In this document: one piece after another, positions 50,400 to 64,000 of the stretch
How the letters are laid out: the number at the start of each line of letters is the position of its first letter
Numbering within the stretch: position 1 is the stretch's first letter
NCBI RefSeq assembly: GCF_009914755.1
Contig: NC_060925.1
Strand: one strand, 5' to 3'
Source: the human T2T-CHM13v2.0 reference genome, Homo sapiens
Length of the DNA: 64,000 bases
Notes under the pieces: model-generated
Databases searched by the model: none
Seen by the model: only the letters and a program-made list of their open reading frames with translations
What the model was told of the DNA's origin: nothing
Program-made: the position numbers and the translations under genes

Positions 50400-51965
50400 A
50401 GTTTCTGGCCTACCATATCTCTTTCATTCTCGGCATTCTCAGTATCTGTGCAGAGGATCCTTCTAGTACTGGTCTCTCAGTTCCTTGACCACAAATAATC
50501 TTGTGCTCCACTCTAGCTCAACTCCTAAATCTTATGGCCATACTCACAGACCTTGTCATTATCAACAACTTCATATGCTTCATAGCACTAATTTCAAGGA
50601 ATTGGGTCAGCCAGTCCACTAACCATCCCACCTCCATCATATCCTCATTTCCCTCCTAACCGAGTTTATACTCCATGAATCACTTCCCTGTAAATCCCCT
50701 TACCTTCTCTTCTTCCATTGTGCTTTTCTAGAAAAACAAACACCCTGATCAAGTCTAACTTGCCACATATTTTGTGACTCTATCTAAGAAGTTAAGCATG
50801 GACATTACCGATCGTCTAATTTTCAATATGACCACAAAACTCAACTGGGCCTGTAACGCTACATAGTGCTACTACAGTTCCCTAGTCAATCTACTCTTCT
50901 ACTCTTCTAAATAATGCTTGCATACTTTCACTTCTTTCCCTAACCTCTAAATGTGAGAGTCTGGAGAGCTGGCCTCAAACCTCTTCCCTAACATGCATTC
51001 ACTAGGGTGATCTCACTTAGTCCCAGGGCCTTAATGCCATTGTGTGATGATAATGGCCCAATCTATTTGTCAATTCAGTCTTTCCCCTTAATGCCTGATT
51101 CATATACCTAACACCTTTCTCAACAAATCCCATTCAAAGTCTAATAGGTATCACAAATTTCACTTGTTCCAACAGACTCCTGATTCCCAAGCCTGTCCTT
51201 CCCCACCCCTGTAATCTTCACCATTCATGCAGTTTCTCATGCCAAAACCTACAGTCATCCTTGACTCCTCTCTTTTTTTCACATCCTTTACTTAATTCAT
51301 CATCCAATCCGGTTGGTTCTATGTTTAAAATTTACTCAGAATCTGACCACCTATACCACCATTTTTGTCATCTCGATTAACACAATTTTCTTCTAATTCT
51401 TCTCTTAGTTACCACTCTTGCCTCAGAAGAGCCAGAATGAGAGGTTAAAGACTTAAATCACATCATGTCACTTCTGCTCACAACCCTTCCCAATGTCCTC
51501 GCATGGCCTAGAAGCCCACCAGCTCTCCCACCTCATGCTCAGTCCCCTTCCCTCATTCTGCTCCAGCCACACTGGACTGCTGCTGCCCTTGAAGCACATG
51601 CTGAACACTTTCCAATCAGAGGGGCTCTCTCGGGAATGATCTTCATTGGCATATGTACACGGCTTATACCCTCAGTTCACTTAGCTGCCCACTTAATCTT
51701 GTCACAGAGGGCTTCTGCTACCACTCTTTATAAAATGCCACCAGCCCTCCCCCCCCATCACTCTCTATCTTATGCCCCTGCCTTATTTTTCTTCAGAAAA
51801 CTTATGACCATCTGGCATATTTATTTGCTTACATTCTAATCCTCCCATGGGAAAAAGTGTCATGAGAATCAGAATACTGTTGTATTTATTACTATATCCT
51901 TAGTCCCTGAAACAGTGCCACTCAGGTACTAAGACATCCATAAATAGTTGTAAAATGAATAAATC
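50400..51965 (+). mobile_element. Long L2 (L2a-like) fragment
   Basis: gtcatccttgactcctctcttt, ccagccacactggac, 3' end ataaatagttgtaaaatgaataaat. Confidence 0.75.
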
Positions 51966-52101
51966 TGCTTTGAGATCTTTAAGTACAAAGTTCTCCTAAA
52001 AATTATAATACACATACACACCTTCAGAAGAAACAGTGAGTCTAATATATTAACTATATTAGGCAGTATTTGGGCATCAAAAATAATACCTGATGACTTA
52101 C

Positions 52102-52194
52102 TTTTTCTATTGACTCCAAAGTTTCTGTATATTTTTCTTCTGTCTGCTTAATTTCTGCTAGACAACAACTTCGTATATCATTTTCTGGACATTT
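52102..52194 (-). CDS. VAV3: VAV3 exon 6 (93 nt), start of DH domain: KCPENDIRSCCLAEIKQTEEKYTETLESIEK
   Basis: ctgcag|AAATGT...ATAGAAAAA|gtaagt. Confidence 0.97.
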
Positions 52195-52685
52195 CTGCAG
52201 TTAGAATTATCAAAATAAAATGATTTAATAAAATCATATATTAACCTATCGGGAAGTAGAGATCAAAAGCATTGCTGACTTTCTTAAACTTTCCTTTCTA
52301 ATACAACACATAATTGAAAGACATCTAACTGCATTTGTGAGGCATCTTTGCTGTTTTTATAAAAATCGTGAACAATGTAATGACAAAGATTTAGATGATT
52401 AAAAAATAAGCCTCTGAATGTAGACACTCTAAAATATCTCTTACTAAAATGTTCATAAAGTTGGAAACACCATAAATGGTGTATGATTATTTCCTTAATG
52501 TACAGCACACTTAACAAATACTATAGAAATAACTGCAAAAACAATAAAAAGGTATTTGGCAAAGTAAGTAAAGACCTTCAAATATTTTTTCCAACATTAA
52601 CATCTTACTGCTTGACTTTTTAACTAAGTATTTAAGATTGGAAGTCATAGAGCACAACACTAAAATCAAAGATTCTGGAATCTGA

Positions 52686-53017
<332 letters not shown>

Positions 53018-54199
53018 TGTTGTTAGCTTTTCTAACTGTGAATGAATCACTAAATTTCTCTGACTCAGTTTTCTTATCTGTCAAACAGAGAGAATTACAG
53101 TACCAACCCCAAGGAATGGTAAATAAGATAAACAGTATAAAGCACTTAGCACTTTTCCAAGCGCGCAAGAAGAGTCCTACCCATCTAAATTATTATCACT
53201 GTTCACCCCATCAGCTGAGTGAGGACTGCCCTTGCGGGAGACAGTGAAGAATGCACTAGCACTCAATGCAGTTAACAATTACAGGAGGCACAGATGATAT
53301 TCGGTCACCTAAAAATGTTCTGAAAATGCTGCCACAGATGGGCTGTCAGCCTATGCAATGGTTAAACCACACTTGCGTTATATTCCTCAAACACAGGCAG
53401 GTAACTTGTTTCCATTCCACAGAAGCTACTGGACAGCCCATCAGCCTTTTATTAACAGTAGGAACATAGAGAGAGCTAAGCGCATTCATCAAAGCACTGT
53501 GGAAACAAAAATTACCAAGCAGCTGGTAAAGAAAAGTCTTTAATATACAAGAAAAAGTTATTAAGAACCTAAGCAACTGACTTTTTCTGTTGTTGTTTCA
53601 AATTGTAAATGAGAAAATAATCCAAAGTAATCCTTTCTGAATGTTCTGGATATATTAATAGCAGATAAGGTTTTGAGGGCTCATATTGGCTATGACAATA
53701 TCTGAAACTAAATTTATAAATGAGTAGGAAAGCCAGGAGACTTACCATGAAACAAAAGAAAAATGGTACCTCATATTAACACTTAACAAATGTGAAGAAA
53801 TACTCTTTAATATATATTTTATCTTATATCAAATTTAAAGGGAAAAATTTACCTGTGTTGTAAGAAATTTACTTTTATAAGAGTATAATTTCATGATTCC
53901 CTAAAATTCTATTCTACTACCACCCTGCCATTATTTAACTGGGTGGCACTTCATTTCTCTCTCAGACTTTGTTTCCTTATTAGCGAAATGAAAAGACTAG
54001 ACAAAAGATTCCCTATGGTTGTTTTGAACTCTGAAAGGTCATGCATATGTCTCCAAATGCAGTAACAAGTCATAATTATATAGTTATAAGCAAGCAAACG
54101 TTAAAAAAAATCCCAGCAGATGTTACATAAATTATTATGTTAATTAGTCTTTCCTAATAAAATATTCAGAGTAACTTTAAAAACAAGTAAAAGTCCTAC

Positions 54200-54308
54200 G
54201 GGCTGATGTGCTTCCTCTGCCTTCATTAAGTCCTCATAGACTTCTCCACCTTCATCTTCCCCATAAACACAGTCATAGAGATCTTCTTCATCTTCCACAA
54301 GGGTTTCA
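54200..54308 (-). CDS. VAV3: VAV3 exon 5 (109 nt), acidic region: ETLVEDEEDLYDCVYGEDEGGEVYEDLMKAEEAHQP (Tyr160/164/173)
   Basis: ttgttgtag|TGAAACC...CAGCCC|gtagga; overlaps ORF 54140..54337. Confidence 0.97.
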
Positions 54309-54519
54309 CTACAACAAAGGATATCATATAAGGTCATTTTCTATTATGCAGTAAATGCAATAGCTACAAATAGCCTACTGGATTTTAGTAAAAAATCCAG
54401 AAAGGAAATAAAATGGAATTAGTGGAAAGAGTTCAAAAGGTTTACATTACAACTTTGTCCCTCTTAATAGGTACAATGACAACTACAGAATCCAATAACG
54501 AGGGCAGTGGCAGCCATCA

Positions 54520-54765
54520 TTTACTGGGTAGTTACTATGTATAAGCACAAAAATAATTATTCTACATATATTATCTTACATAATTCATCCAACATTAATG
54601 ATCAGGTGTGCATTATTATTTAATCCATTAAAGAGATGAGGAAGTTGAAAGACCAAAAGGCTATTTGACTTTACAAATAACCCAGGTAGTCACTGGCAGA
54701 TCCAATATTTAAAACCAAGTCTGTCTTAACGCTGAGTGTTTTACCCACTCTATCATACTGCCTCC
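54520..54765 (-). mobile_element. MIR
   Basis: ccattaaagagatgaggaagttgaaagacc...gactttacaaataacccag. Confidence 0.55.
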
Positions 54766-55505
54766 CACTTTTCATATTTCAAGACCTCGGTTTCATCAAC
54801 TGTATTAATGGGTATAATATGGAGAAGATAGGAGAGTTAAATTGTATCTAATATGTCATAAGTGGTCTTATAAAAGCATCAGTTACTGCAGTGTTATAAT
54901 CAGCATCTAATCCAGTGGTTTTCAACCCATGCTCTTTCAAGCCCATTCAGAGGAAACCCACCAGTCCCCCATCAACCAGACCCTTCCTTTATCTGTTTTA
55001 TATTCAGGGCCATAACTAACATAAAGACAGATGAGGAGAGGAACAGACAGAGATAGGAGACTGGGACAACCAGACTTGGTGAACACTGAGAATAAGGGAG
55101 GGAGGAGGAAGGAAGAGGAAGGAGCTTTCTACTTTGGGACACCAGGGAGATGGTGATCCATATTGGCAGTAACATAATTTCCATACTGAGGGGTTTAGGC
55201 GGCAATCTGGCCAGAGAACATTAGGGCAGGTAAATCGGTTTGCACATTCTCTGTACCACATCAAAGGATAGGAAGGTCTGGTGAGTTCATGAAGGAGCTG
55301 AGATATAAAATGATGAAAAAACAGGTTCTGCATTGGAGGGGATCCTGTTTGGAAGCAAAATGGACTGAAATTCATTTCCCTGGCACTCCTAATCCCAGAA
55401 CTCCTGCTTGTCATCCCTAACATCACCACCCCTGCAAAAAAGTCAACCTTGCTGAAGTCCTACATTTCACTATTTCCCATGACAGTAAAGGAATGAATCA
55501 TATAA

Positions 55506-55874
<369 letters not shown>

Positions 55875-56421
55875 TGAGTGCATGCGTGCATGCAAGTGCA
55901 CAAACGCAAACACACACACAAGACTGGTCTAGAACTGTTTGGCTTTTGTTATTCAATCCTTTACTAAAGCTGCTTTTCTTGCTAACAGCTTAGTCAACAA
56001 TTCCTGATTTCTGAGCCAGGAAAGAAAAAAGCTGTGATATTTTTCAAATGGTCAATAAATCAAAAACAATCGACATGTAAGGCCACCTACATACGGGCAT
56101 GTCTGGCGCCCTGATACTAAAAGGACACTGTACAGTGTAGCCATTACCTGCCCTCTCCACTCCATCCTGTGGCTTTCTCCCCAACTTAGGAAACAATGAT
56201 TGCCTCCACAGTGGGGACCAGGCCAGTATTTATTCCAAGGGCTTCTGTTTGGGTGAATGCAGCCCCAAAATTTAGAGTTAAGTATATTTACCCATAGAAA
56301 TTGTAATAAAGCTGAGAATAAAAATCAAGCTGTCACAGCAAACTCAAAACCAAGCATGTCTAGGGATAATACATTTGCTTTTTTTTTGTTTGTTTTTTAA
56401 GATAACCCTACTTCACCTTTT

Positions 56422-56490
56422 ATCCCAGAACTTTGGGAGGCCAAGGTGGGTGGATTGCTTGAGCCCAGGAGTTGGAGACCAGCCTGGGCA
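56422..56490 (+). mobile_element. Alu left-arm fragment
   Basis: atcccagaactttgggaggccaagg...gagaccagcctgggca. Confidence 0.8.
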
Positions 56491-56771
56491 TATTAAATAA
56501 ATAATTTCTTTAATCCTGCAAATACATTCGGACCTTCGGCCACCAGGTAGAAATTTAAAGCAGACTGCCTCTCACAGAGCAAGGGCTGGCATCTCAGAGC
56601 AGCCAATTCAGGAAACCAAGGTTTTCTCCAAATTTAGCTAGGAATGCATCCTCACTGGATTTATCCTGACATCATGTCTGCCTAAATAACATCAGTGAAA
56701 AGAACAAAATGGGGAAGCTATAAAAATTTATAGGTGTAAGTCACCACTGGTATGGGTTAAAAAAGAATATC

Positions 56772-57072
<301 letters not shown>

Positions 57073-57689
57073 AAAAGAATAGCATCACGGCACTAGAAAT
57101 TAAATATTCCCCTTAAACAATCTGAGTACATTACCAATAATCTTAGTCACTTTATGAAGATTACAACCAATTCAATAAAACAACTGGCACTATCTTGCTT
57201 ACTGTTGGTGAGTTCTTAGAGATTTTAAGAGATAAGAAACTACTCTTAATAGATATTTAAAATATAAGACTGAAAGATCATTCTCAAGGCCACCTACCCT
57301 GGAAAGAGCTGCTGGCCATCCATCGTGTGACTGCAGTGGGTGTGCTCACCCCCTCTACTCTTCTACTAAAAGCTCTGAGAGGGATCTGGAAGTTGGGGCT
57401 GTGACTAACAACCTCTGCTCTAGAATAAGAGGTGTCTGAGTTCAAATCCAAAGACTACAATTTACTAGCAATATTACCCTCAGCAAGTAACTAGGCTTTT
57501 CAAAATTCAGTTTTCTCACTTTTAAACTGTGAAGATATAATAACAACCTAGTAATATTGTGGTATTACATAAGATAGTGCATATAACCTGGTTAGCACAC
57601 AAATGGAAACTCAGTAAGCTCTTATTATTATTGCCAGGTGTAATACCTGGCAAACAGTAGATGCTAGATGCAGTTTTGACTTATTAATT

Positions 57690-58060
57690 TGGAAAACAAA
57701 TACTTATTGAGTACCTACTATATGCCAGACACTGTGAAGTTCTAGGAATACAGCCATGAACAAGGCAAAGTCCCACACCTCACAAAAGTGTACCTTCTAA
57801 TGAGGAGACAAACAATAAATGAAGCAAACCAAGACTGTCTCAGGCATTGGCAAATGCTGTAAAAACACAGCAATGTAAGGGGGTGGTGGCAATTTTAGAC
57901 AGGATAGTCAGAGAAGGCCTCTCTGTAGAGAAATCTAAGCAAAAACTTGAACGCTGAGGGATCAGTCAAACAGGCAGAAAGAATAGCAGGTGTAAAGGTC
58001 ACAAGGCTAAAACAAGCCCGGTGTGTTGGGTGTATGAGGAAGGATAGATGAATGAATGGA
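57690..58060 (-). mobile_element. L2 3' remnant (MIR adjacent at ~57400-57630)
   Basis: aacaaatacttattgagtacctactatatgccagacactgtg. Confidence 0.75.
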
Positions 58061-58702
58061 TGAAGTTCCATAGCATTTGAATCTGTCTTGGGGCATAATC
58101 TATTTCTTATTATGATTCTTTGCAAACATGCCTGATCCATGTCATCAGTTCCTTGAGGAGTAACGATCACGCATATATTTATTTGTAATCTGTACAAGTC
58201 ACTCAATCAGCAGAAGATAATCGGCTGCAAGGACCTTTTGCCTCTCTTGACTATTAAATAATAGAGCCCAAAAAGATTCTCTGTTCAGAACAAACACCGC
58301 CTACTAAAACATCCCGAATAGCTCCAACCCACACTTATCTCTCCCTTCCTTGAACTTATAAGGCATGCACTATGTGTCCCACAACTCCAGCAGCAGATTC
58401 TATTTCTTTTAAATTGTTCCCTAACTCCAGTTTTATCTACTACTTCTGTTATGCCTTTGAGAAACTTTGAAATTTTACTTCATTAGAGTAAGTTTCTTTA
58501 TTCTTCATGGGGACACAAAACAGGAACTAAAAACCAGTTGAAGTACATTTTCTTGTAAAGCTTTCCATCGCCAGTTTAAGGTTAATCAGTAATTAAGCCA
58601 CTTTTCCTCCTTCAGATAGCTTACTTTAACATCCACAGTTAAAACCCACAATGGACACATAAATTGGCAGTGGCTAAATTTTGCTTGAAATTTTCAACAT
58701 AC

Positions 58703-58768
58703 TCTATTAAATCAGGAAGGCCTTTGTAGATGTCTTCATCATTAATGCTTTCTTCTGTTGGGAAGGGC
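58703..58768 (-). CDS. VAV3: VAV3 exon 4 (66 nt): PFPTEESINDEDIYKGLPDLID, contains Tyr141
   Basis: cttcctag|GCCCTTC...TTAATAGA|gtatgt; overlaps ORF 58639..58827. Confidence 0.97.
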
Positions 58769-60907
58769 CTAGGAAGAGGAGAAAAAACAAAAACAAAAAA
58801 ACAAACCCATGAGTGAACGAGCAACAATCAGGCTGCGCACTTAACCCTCACTAAATATGTAAGTTGTCTGCTGCCAAAATGGTCAGATCAGTCACCATGT
58901 CTAACAATATCTAGGGCTTTCCCTAAAGTGCCTGCTCAGTGGCTTTGTCTGGGGTTCCCCTAGGGAGGCTGTAACACCTGCCACCTGAAATCATCTGAAG
59001 CAATTACAGCTGGTCACCACAGTCACATGTGCAGGGGGTCATAATAACGTGCTTATCTGATCTCCCACCTGCCACATACCTGCAGGGTCACCTCACCCAC
59101 TGCAGCACCCCAAGTCAGACAACAAACAGCTGTGCATGTACCCTTGCCTTCAGCACCCTCTCTTTTCAGCTGTGGGATCTGATAACAAATAATTTGGTAG
59201 CAATCATCCTTCCATGGCTCCGTTCACTAGTGTAGATGAAAACTAGTAGAAGACAAAAACATTGTGCCCTTTACATATACGGTCATTGACCCTGACATTT
59301 CTGCTCAGACTTTAGGGTATTTAAGCTGTATGTTTTATTTTCGTTTATTAGACAAATGAGTCAACCAGACCTTGGGGTGAATAGAGTGTTTTCTTTGTTC
59401 CCTATTCAAGAAAATCACCTTTAATGTATCTCCTATTCCCACTGTGTGGCTTCCTTGTTTGCATCATGGTACTATGTCCTTTTTTCATAACTGCCTTAAA
59501 TTTATGTCTAACAAAATCACAGTAAGCATACTGTGCCAAAAATTCTACTCTTTTCAGGCAGCCAGCATATCACATGTTTCATAAAAACCAGAGGATCCAT
59601 CAAAATAATAAATAAGCTTTAAATAATTACCAGTTATATTAAAAGCAGAGTTTCACATTGACTTATGGATTAATTTAATACTGAAGACATTTGAGGAGAC
59701 TAGGTTTTTCAAATAAATCAGTGTGTGAGAAATGTAGTCTCATAATCATTTTTTATAAATTAAGGCACATTTTATTATGCAAGTTCATTGTAGAAAATAT
59801 AGATGAGAAAAAAAGGAGAAAAATTTTGACTTACGTTTTTTCAGAATCAATACATAAAAATTTGATCATGCTTTAAAAAAATCTGTTTACATATAATAAC
59901 ATAAAATATATATTGACATGAAAGGTATGCATGTATTGAAGAGCAAATTAGGAGTTAAACATTTATCCAGCCGACAGACCATATACATAGAAAGCTGCCA
60001 AATTCATGGCCCATTTCTGAGAAAGGTCCTGTACCAGCAGGGCATTTTTCCTGAGCTCACTGTGCTTTGTAGCCAGTGCAGAGAACCCCACTAAGTCCTG
60101 CTTGGATCCTCTCTCCCTTAGAATGTGAATGTGAGCTGGACACAGAAAAATGGCTGTGATGGCCGGAGACAGAAATATGGAGCACTGAATAAAGAAGGTA
60201 AAAAACAAATTTGATCCATTTCCATGAAACCAGGCTGAGTAGAGACTGTTTTGCTTTATTTCCTAATGTTACTTATATAATACATCTTTGCTGACTGATC
60301 TAACTTAAGTATGTAGTATCTGAAACAGAAAAGGCTCAACACAACATACACATCTATATTTTTATGCTTATCAACTGCATAATACTCTATTGCAAGGAGA
60401 TGACATACTATATTTAACCAATTTACTTCCAGGTTTTTAATTTACTACTGAACCTTCAATACACATTCTTGTACACATGTTTTATACTTGTTTGATTATT
60501 TCTTAAACTCCTAAAAGCTATGAGTTATTATGATCTACTCTATAGGAAATAAACATATTACAACATCTTATAAATATTTATTTACTTAAGCATTTGTGTT
60601 TACTTTAATGAATCATATGTACAGAAATGTTGGAGGAAAGTTAAAAAAAAAAAAAAAGAAGAACCACACCAGTGACAGTCACCTGTGAATTGAGAACAAT
60701 GTTTAGCCAATGTGTTATTCAACTCTATCAATAAGTTCTACCTTGCTCAATTAATTTCAAACGTGTACGGGATACTTACATACCAGGCACTCTTCATGAA
60801 TGAGACATAGTACCTGTGTGCAAGATGCTTCACAAATAGTAACCATTTAATAAAGAATCATTACACTGAACTCAATGGGACACATGAACAACGAAAACAG
60901 AGCTTAC

Positions 60908-60966
60908 CTGATTCCTGTGGCCAATGCTATAGGTGTTCGAGAAAGTCGTGATAATGTTTCTATAAC
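60908..60966 (-). CDS. VAV3: VAV3 exon 3 (59 nt), end of CH domain: VIETLSRLSRTPIALATGIR
   Basis: ttttctcag|GTTATAGAA...GGAATCAG|gtaagc. Confidence 0.96.
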
Positions 60967-61303
60967 CTGAGAAAAGAGGAAAATACTAATTAGATATGTA
61001 GTTCAGAAAATATAAGATTTCTTTTTCCAAAATTTTTTCAATCTAATATTAACCATAGCAGCAGAAACATAAATTTGCAGGTGTCAAAGATGTGCAGAAT
61101 GAGAAGGGCTGTGATTGGGAAGTATAAACACCTGGATTATAATTTTATAATTATTACTTAAAGTAATAAATTACTTTATTACTTTAAGTAGATTACTAAC
61201 CCATTTGAGTTGCAGATTCTATATCAGTATAACACAAAGTTAGCCTGGGTGGCCCCAAGCAACTTGTATCTCTACTTTTACAGAATCTGAAAGATTCTGG
61301 AAA

Positions 61304-61504
61304 GCTGTATTCTCCAGTATAGTACCCACTAGCCACATGAGGCTATTTAAATTAATTTAAATTTTAAAAACAAAAATCCCAGTTCTGCAGTTGCACTAGC
61401 CACATTTTAAGTGTTCAGTAGCCACACACATGTGGCCACTGTAATGAACTACACAGTTATCAAAAAATTTCCATCATCACAGAAAGTTCTATTGGACAGT
61501 CCTG
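61304..61504 (-). mobile_element. MER3 (hAT-Charlie)
   Basis: cactagccacat repeats; end tttccatcatcacagaaagttctattggacag. Confidence 0.85.
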
Positions 61505-61514
61505 CTATATAGCA

Positions 61515-61730
61515 AAGCAGGTGAGACTGTGGGCGGGCTCTTGGGCCAGACCACCTGAGTCTAAATCCTCAGCTTACCATTTATTGGCCAAGTACTTTTG
61601 GGCAAAATACTTAACTTCTCTGAGCTTTTGTTTCATCTTCTAGATAATGCCTATAATAATAGTTAGATTATTAACAATCATTACATTATCGTGAGGATTA
61701 AATAAGCTAGCACGTAAACTATTTAAATAG
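61515..61730 (+). mobile_element. MIR
   Basis: ttgggcaaaatacttaacttctctgagc...gtgaggattaaata. Confidence 0.7.
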
Positions 61731-61990
61731 TAGCTATTCTGTATAATCACCAACTTTAAGGAAATTGCCTTAATTTAATTCTGAGTGTTTTCAGAAAAAG
61801 TTTTCTAAATTAACCTTAATTATGTTTCAAAGATTCCTTATAAAGATCTTCAGTACTTAAATCTAAATGTTAAATATACTCTGCTAGCAACTTTACCCTT
61901 CCTTCAATCTTTTGTCCTAAGATTGTCTCTTTCGAAGACTTAGTGAGAAAGCCATTTATCTAAAATGTATTTTTCTCATAAAGTCTATTC

Positions 61991-62289
61991 TTGTTTGTTT
62001 CTTTTTTGAGACAGAGTCTCACTCTGTTGTGCAGGCTGGAGTACAGTGGTGCGATCTTGGCTCACTACAACCTCTGCCTCCCAGGTTCAAGTGATTGTCA
62101 TGCCTCAGCCTCTCAAGTAGCTGGGATTACAGGCACACACCACCATGCCTGGCTAATGTTTGTATTTTTAGTAGAGATGCAGTTTCGCTATGTCGGCCAG
62201 GCTGGTCTCGGACTCCTGGCCTCAAGTGACCCACCTGCCTTGGCCTCCCAAAGTGCTGGGATTACAGGTGTGAACCACTGTGCCCGGCC
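61991..62289 (-). mobile_element. Alu (Sz/Jb-like)
   Basis: Full dimer; TSD ataaagt(c/t)tatt at 61978-61989 and 62290-62301. Confidence 0.93.
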
Positions 62290-62809
62290 ATAAAGTTTAT
62301 TTTTATGATAATAGATATAATGCATCCTAACTCTCAAAATTTTAACAAACACAACTTAAAGAGGTTCTACATGAGGCTTATTCAGAATGATAGTAAAAAG
62401 CGAAAAAAGGCAAAAATCTGTTTCTAAATTAAGGTAATCTAATTCCTTACTTCAGAGACAGGAACATAAAAATGAAGTCTCTCCAGTACTCTGTAGAAGG
62501 TTCATGAGAGTACCAGCCACACATACACTTATATCTCACCCACTTCAGGAACTGGTACCATATATATATATGGTTGTAGTTAGAAACTCCTGGCTTTGGA
62601 GTAAGAATACCTGGAGCCCTGACTCACAAGTTTTCAGCTATGCTCACCTTTACTAGCCTCTGTAAAATGCAGATAATAGCTAACTGCTTCATGGAGTTAC
62701 TAAAAGAATTAAATGAGATCATGCCTATCATATGTTTAACTCAGTAAATGTGAATTTTTATTATCATGTAAAATAAAGTTATTATACAAAGATAACATTT
62801 AATTGAATT

Positions 62810-63020
62810 ACATATAGATGACGACAATGTATTACATTCTTGAAAACTGCAAAAAGGTTACATTTTAAGCGTTCTCACCACAATAAAATAAAAAAGATGT
62901 GATGCAATACATATGTTAATTAGCTCCAGTTAACCATTCCACAATGTATACATATTTCAAACCAACATGTTGCACAGATCAATACATATAATTTTTATTT
63001 GTTAATTTTTAAAAAATTAA
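62810..63020 (+). mobile_element. L1MA 3' terminal fragment
   Basis: ttctcaccaca...tatgttaattagct...ccattccacaatgtatacatatttcaaa...aatttttatttg. Confidence 0.8.
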
Positions 63021-63859
63021 GAAAATTTGTTACATAAACAAAAGAGAAGGGAGCAAAACTCTTTAGGATAGTTCTAAAGGGTTAGAAAGAAGCAAAGGAC
63101 ATGGTGACTAGATGAGCTAATTTACTGACCCCAAAATTGTATATTCTAACCGTAGCCCCCTGCTGTGAGACTAGAAAAAGAAAAGAAAATACAATTGAAA
63201 CCCTTCATGCAATTTCTTCCTGGTCAACTATGTCGAACATCTAATGTCAAAACATATACAACCAATCAGATAAAACTTGATATTGATTAATTCCCCATAA
63301 TAAAGATAAAACATTGTCAGTGAGTTTGTAAACTCAGAAGATCAAGAATGAACAAATACTAATAAATTTATCAAAAATAACTAATTCAAAATAAAAATAG
63401 TCACTTGCTAAAATACCAAAATTATTCACTATTAAGCGAAAAGTCTAACTTTGGGGAGGTTCTGGAATAATCAGTACAGTATCCAGACCCTTGAATTAAC
63501 TACATTGCTTTACTTTAGCATGCATCTTATCCTAATATATCACTGTTAGAAAGCTATGGGGTGAAATCTGCCTCTGATTCTACTTTACACTGTGGTCCCA
63601 GCATATATCACTACTTAATAACAAGAAAAATAGCAATAGCAGTACTACGGTTATGTCTTTTATTATTGCTATTCTATTATGTATTTTATATAGCAATGCA
63701 TTTTACTCCTTGAGGATATTTTCTATAATAACTATGATGTATCTACAAAATCAGAATGCATTTTCTATTCCTTTTCCCCCACCAAAAACCAGAAAAATGA
63801 CAACCCCTCCCCTACACACCGCCTCTTTCAGAAAACTATAGCTTGATTTTTTTCATGAG

Positions 63860-63878
63860 TGTCCACCAGAGGGAGCCA
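63860..63878 (+). promoter_or_regulatory. Candidate CTCF site TGTCCACCAGAGGGAGCCA
   Basis: Close match to the CCASYAGRKGGCRS core in apparently unique sequence; motif only. Confidence 0.55.
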
Positions 63879-64000
63879 GATGATAGTCTATTAGTTTAGT
63901 CCTGAATTGAATGTGTTTTATAAGGACAAACATTTCTGAAAATCAACAAGCTGAGACCAACTCCTATTTTCTGCTTAACAGGAGTTATTTATTACTATTC

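Noticed and set aside
54913-55440. Possible hAT terminal repeat (cagtggttttcaacc) or ancient LTR
   Set aside because: No matching second end recognised and the family could not be assigned

Overview
Primate (human or human-like) genomic DNA lying entirely inside the VAV3 gene, which is on the minus strand. Thirteen consecutive coding exons (exons 3-15 by the usual numbering; residues ~108-501: end of CH domain, acidic region with Tyr141/160/164/173, DH/RhoGEF domain, PH domain) lie at 30393-60966. All have GT-AG boundaries and join in one open frame. Positions 1-30392 are the start of the large phase-2 intron 15 (exon 16 is not in the window) and 60967-64000 are intron 2. The rest is ordinary retroelement-rich intron: a full-length dead L1PA (~13.66-19.80 kb), the 3' end of a second related L1PA (1-1.67 kb), older L1M pieces, about a dozen Alus (many with clear target-site duplications), L2/MIR/L3 remnants, MER58A, MER3, a partial MADE1 and microsatellites. 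I see no clearly new biological system. The best leads are: (i) an L1 antisense-promoter/ORF0 unit pointing down VAV3, with a mutated YY1 site and a phase-matched cryptic donor; (ii) six apparently shared non-consensus bases between the two L1PA copies; (iii) a CpG-rich, GC-box-bearing L2 remnant near exon 13; (iv) a 196-bp tandem duplication; (v) the Ser298 allele. Repeat subfamily calls, exon numbering and consensus comparisons are from memory, not from a search; boundaries of old repeats are approximate.
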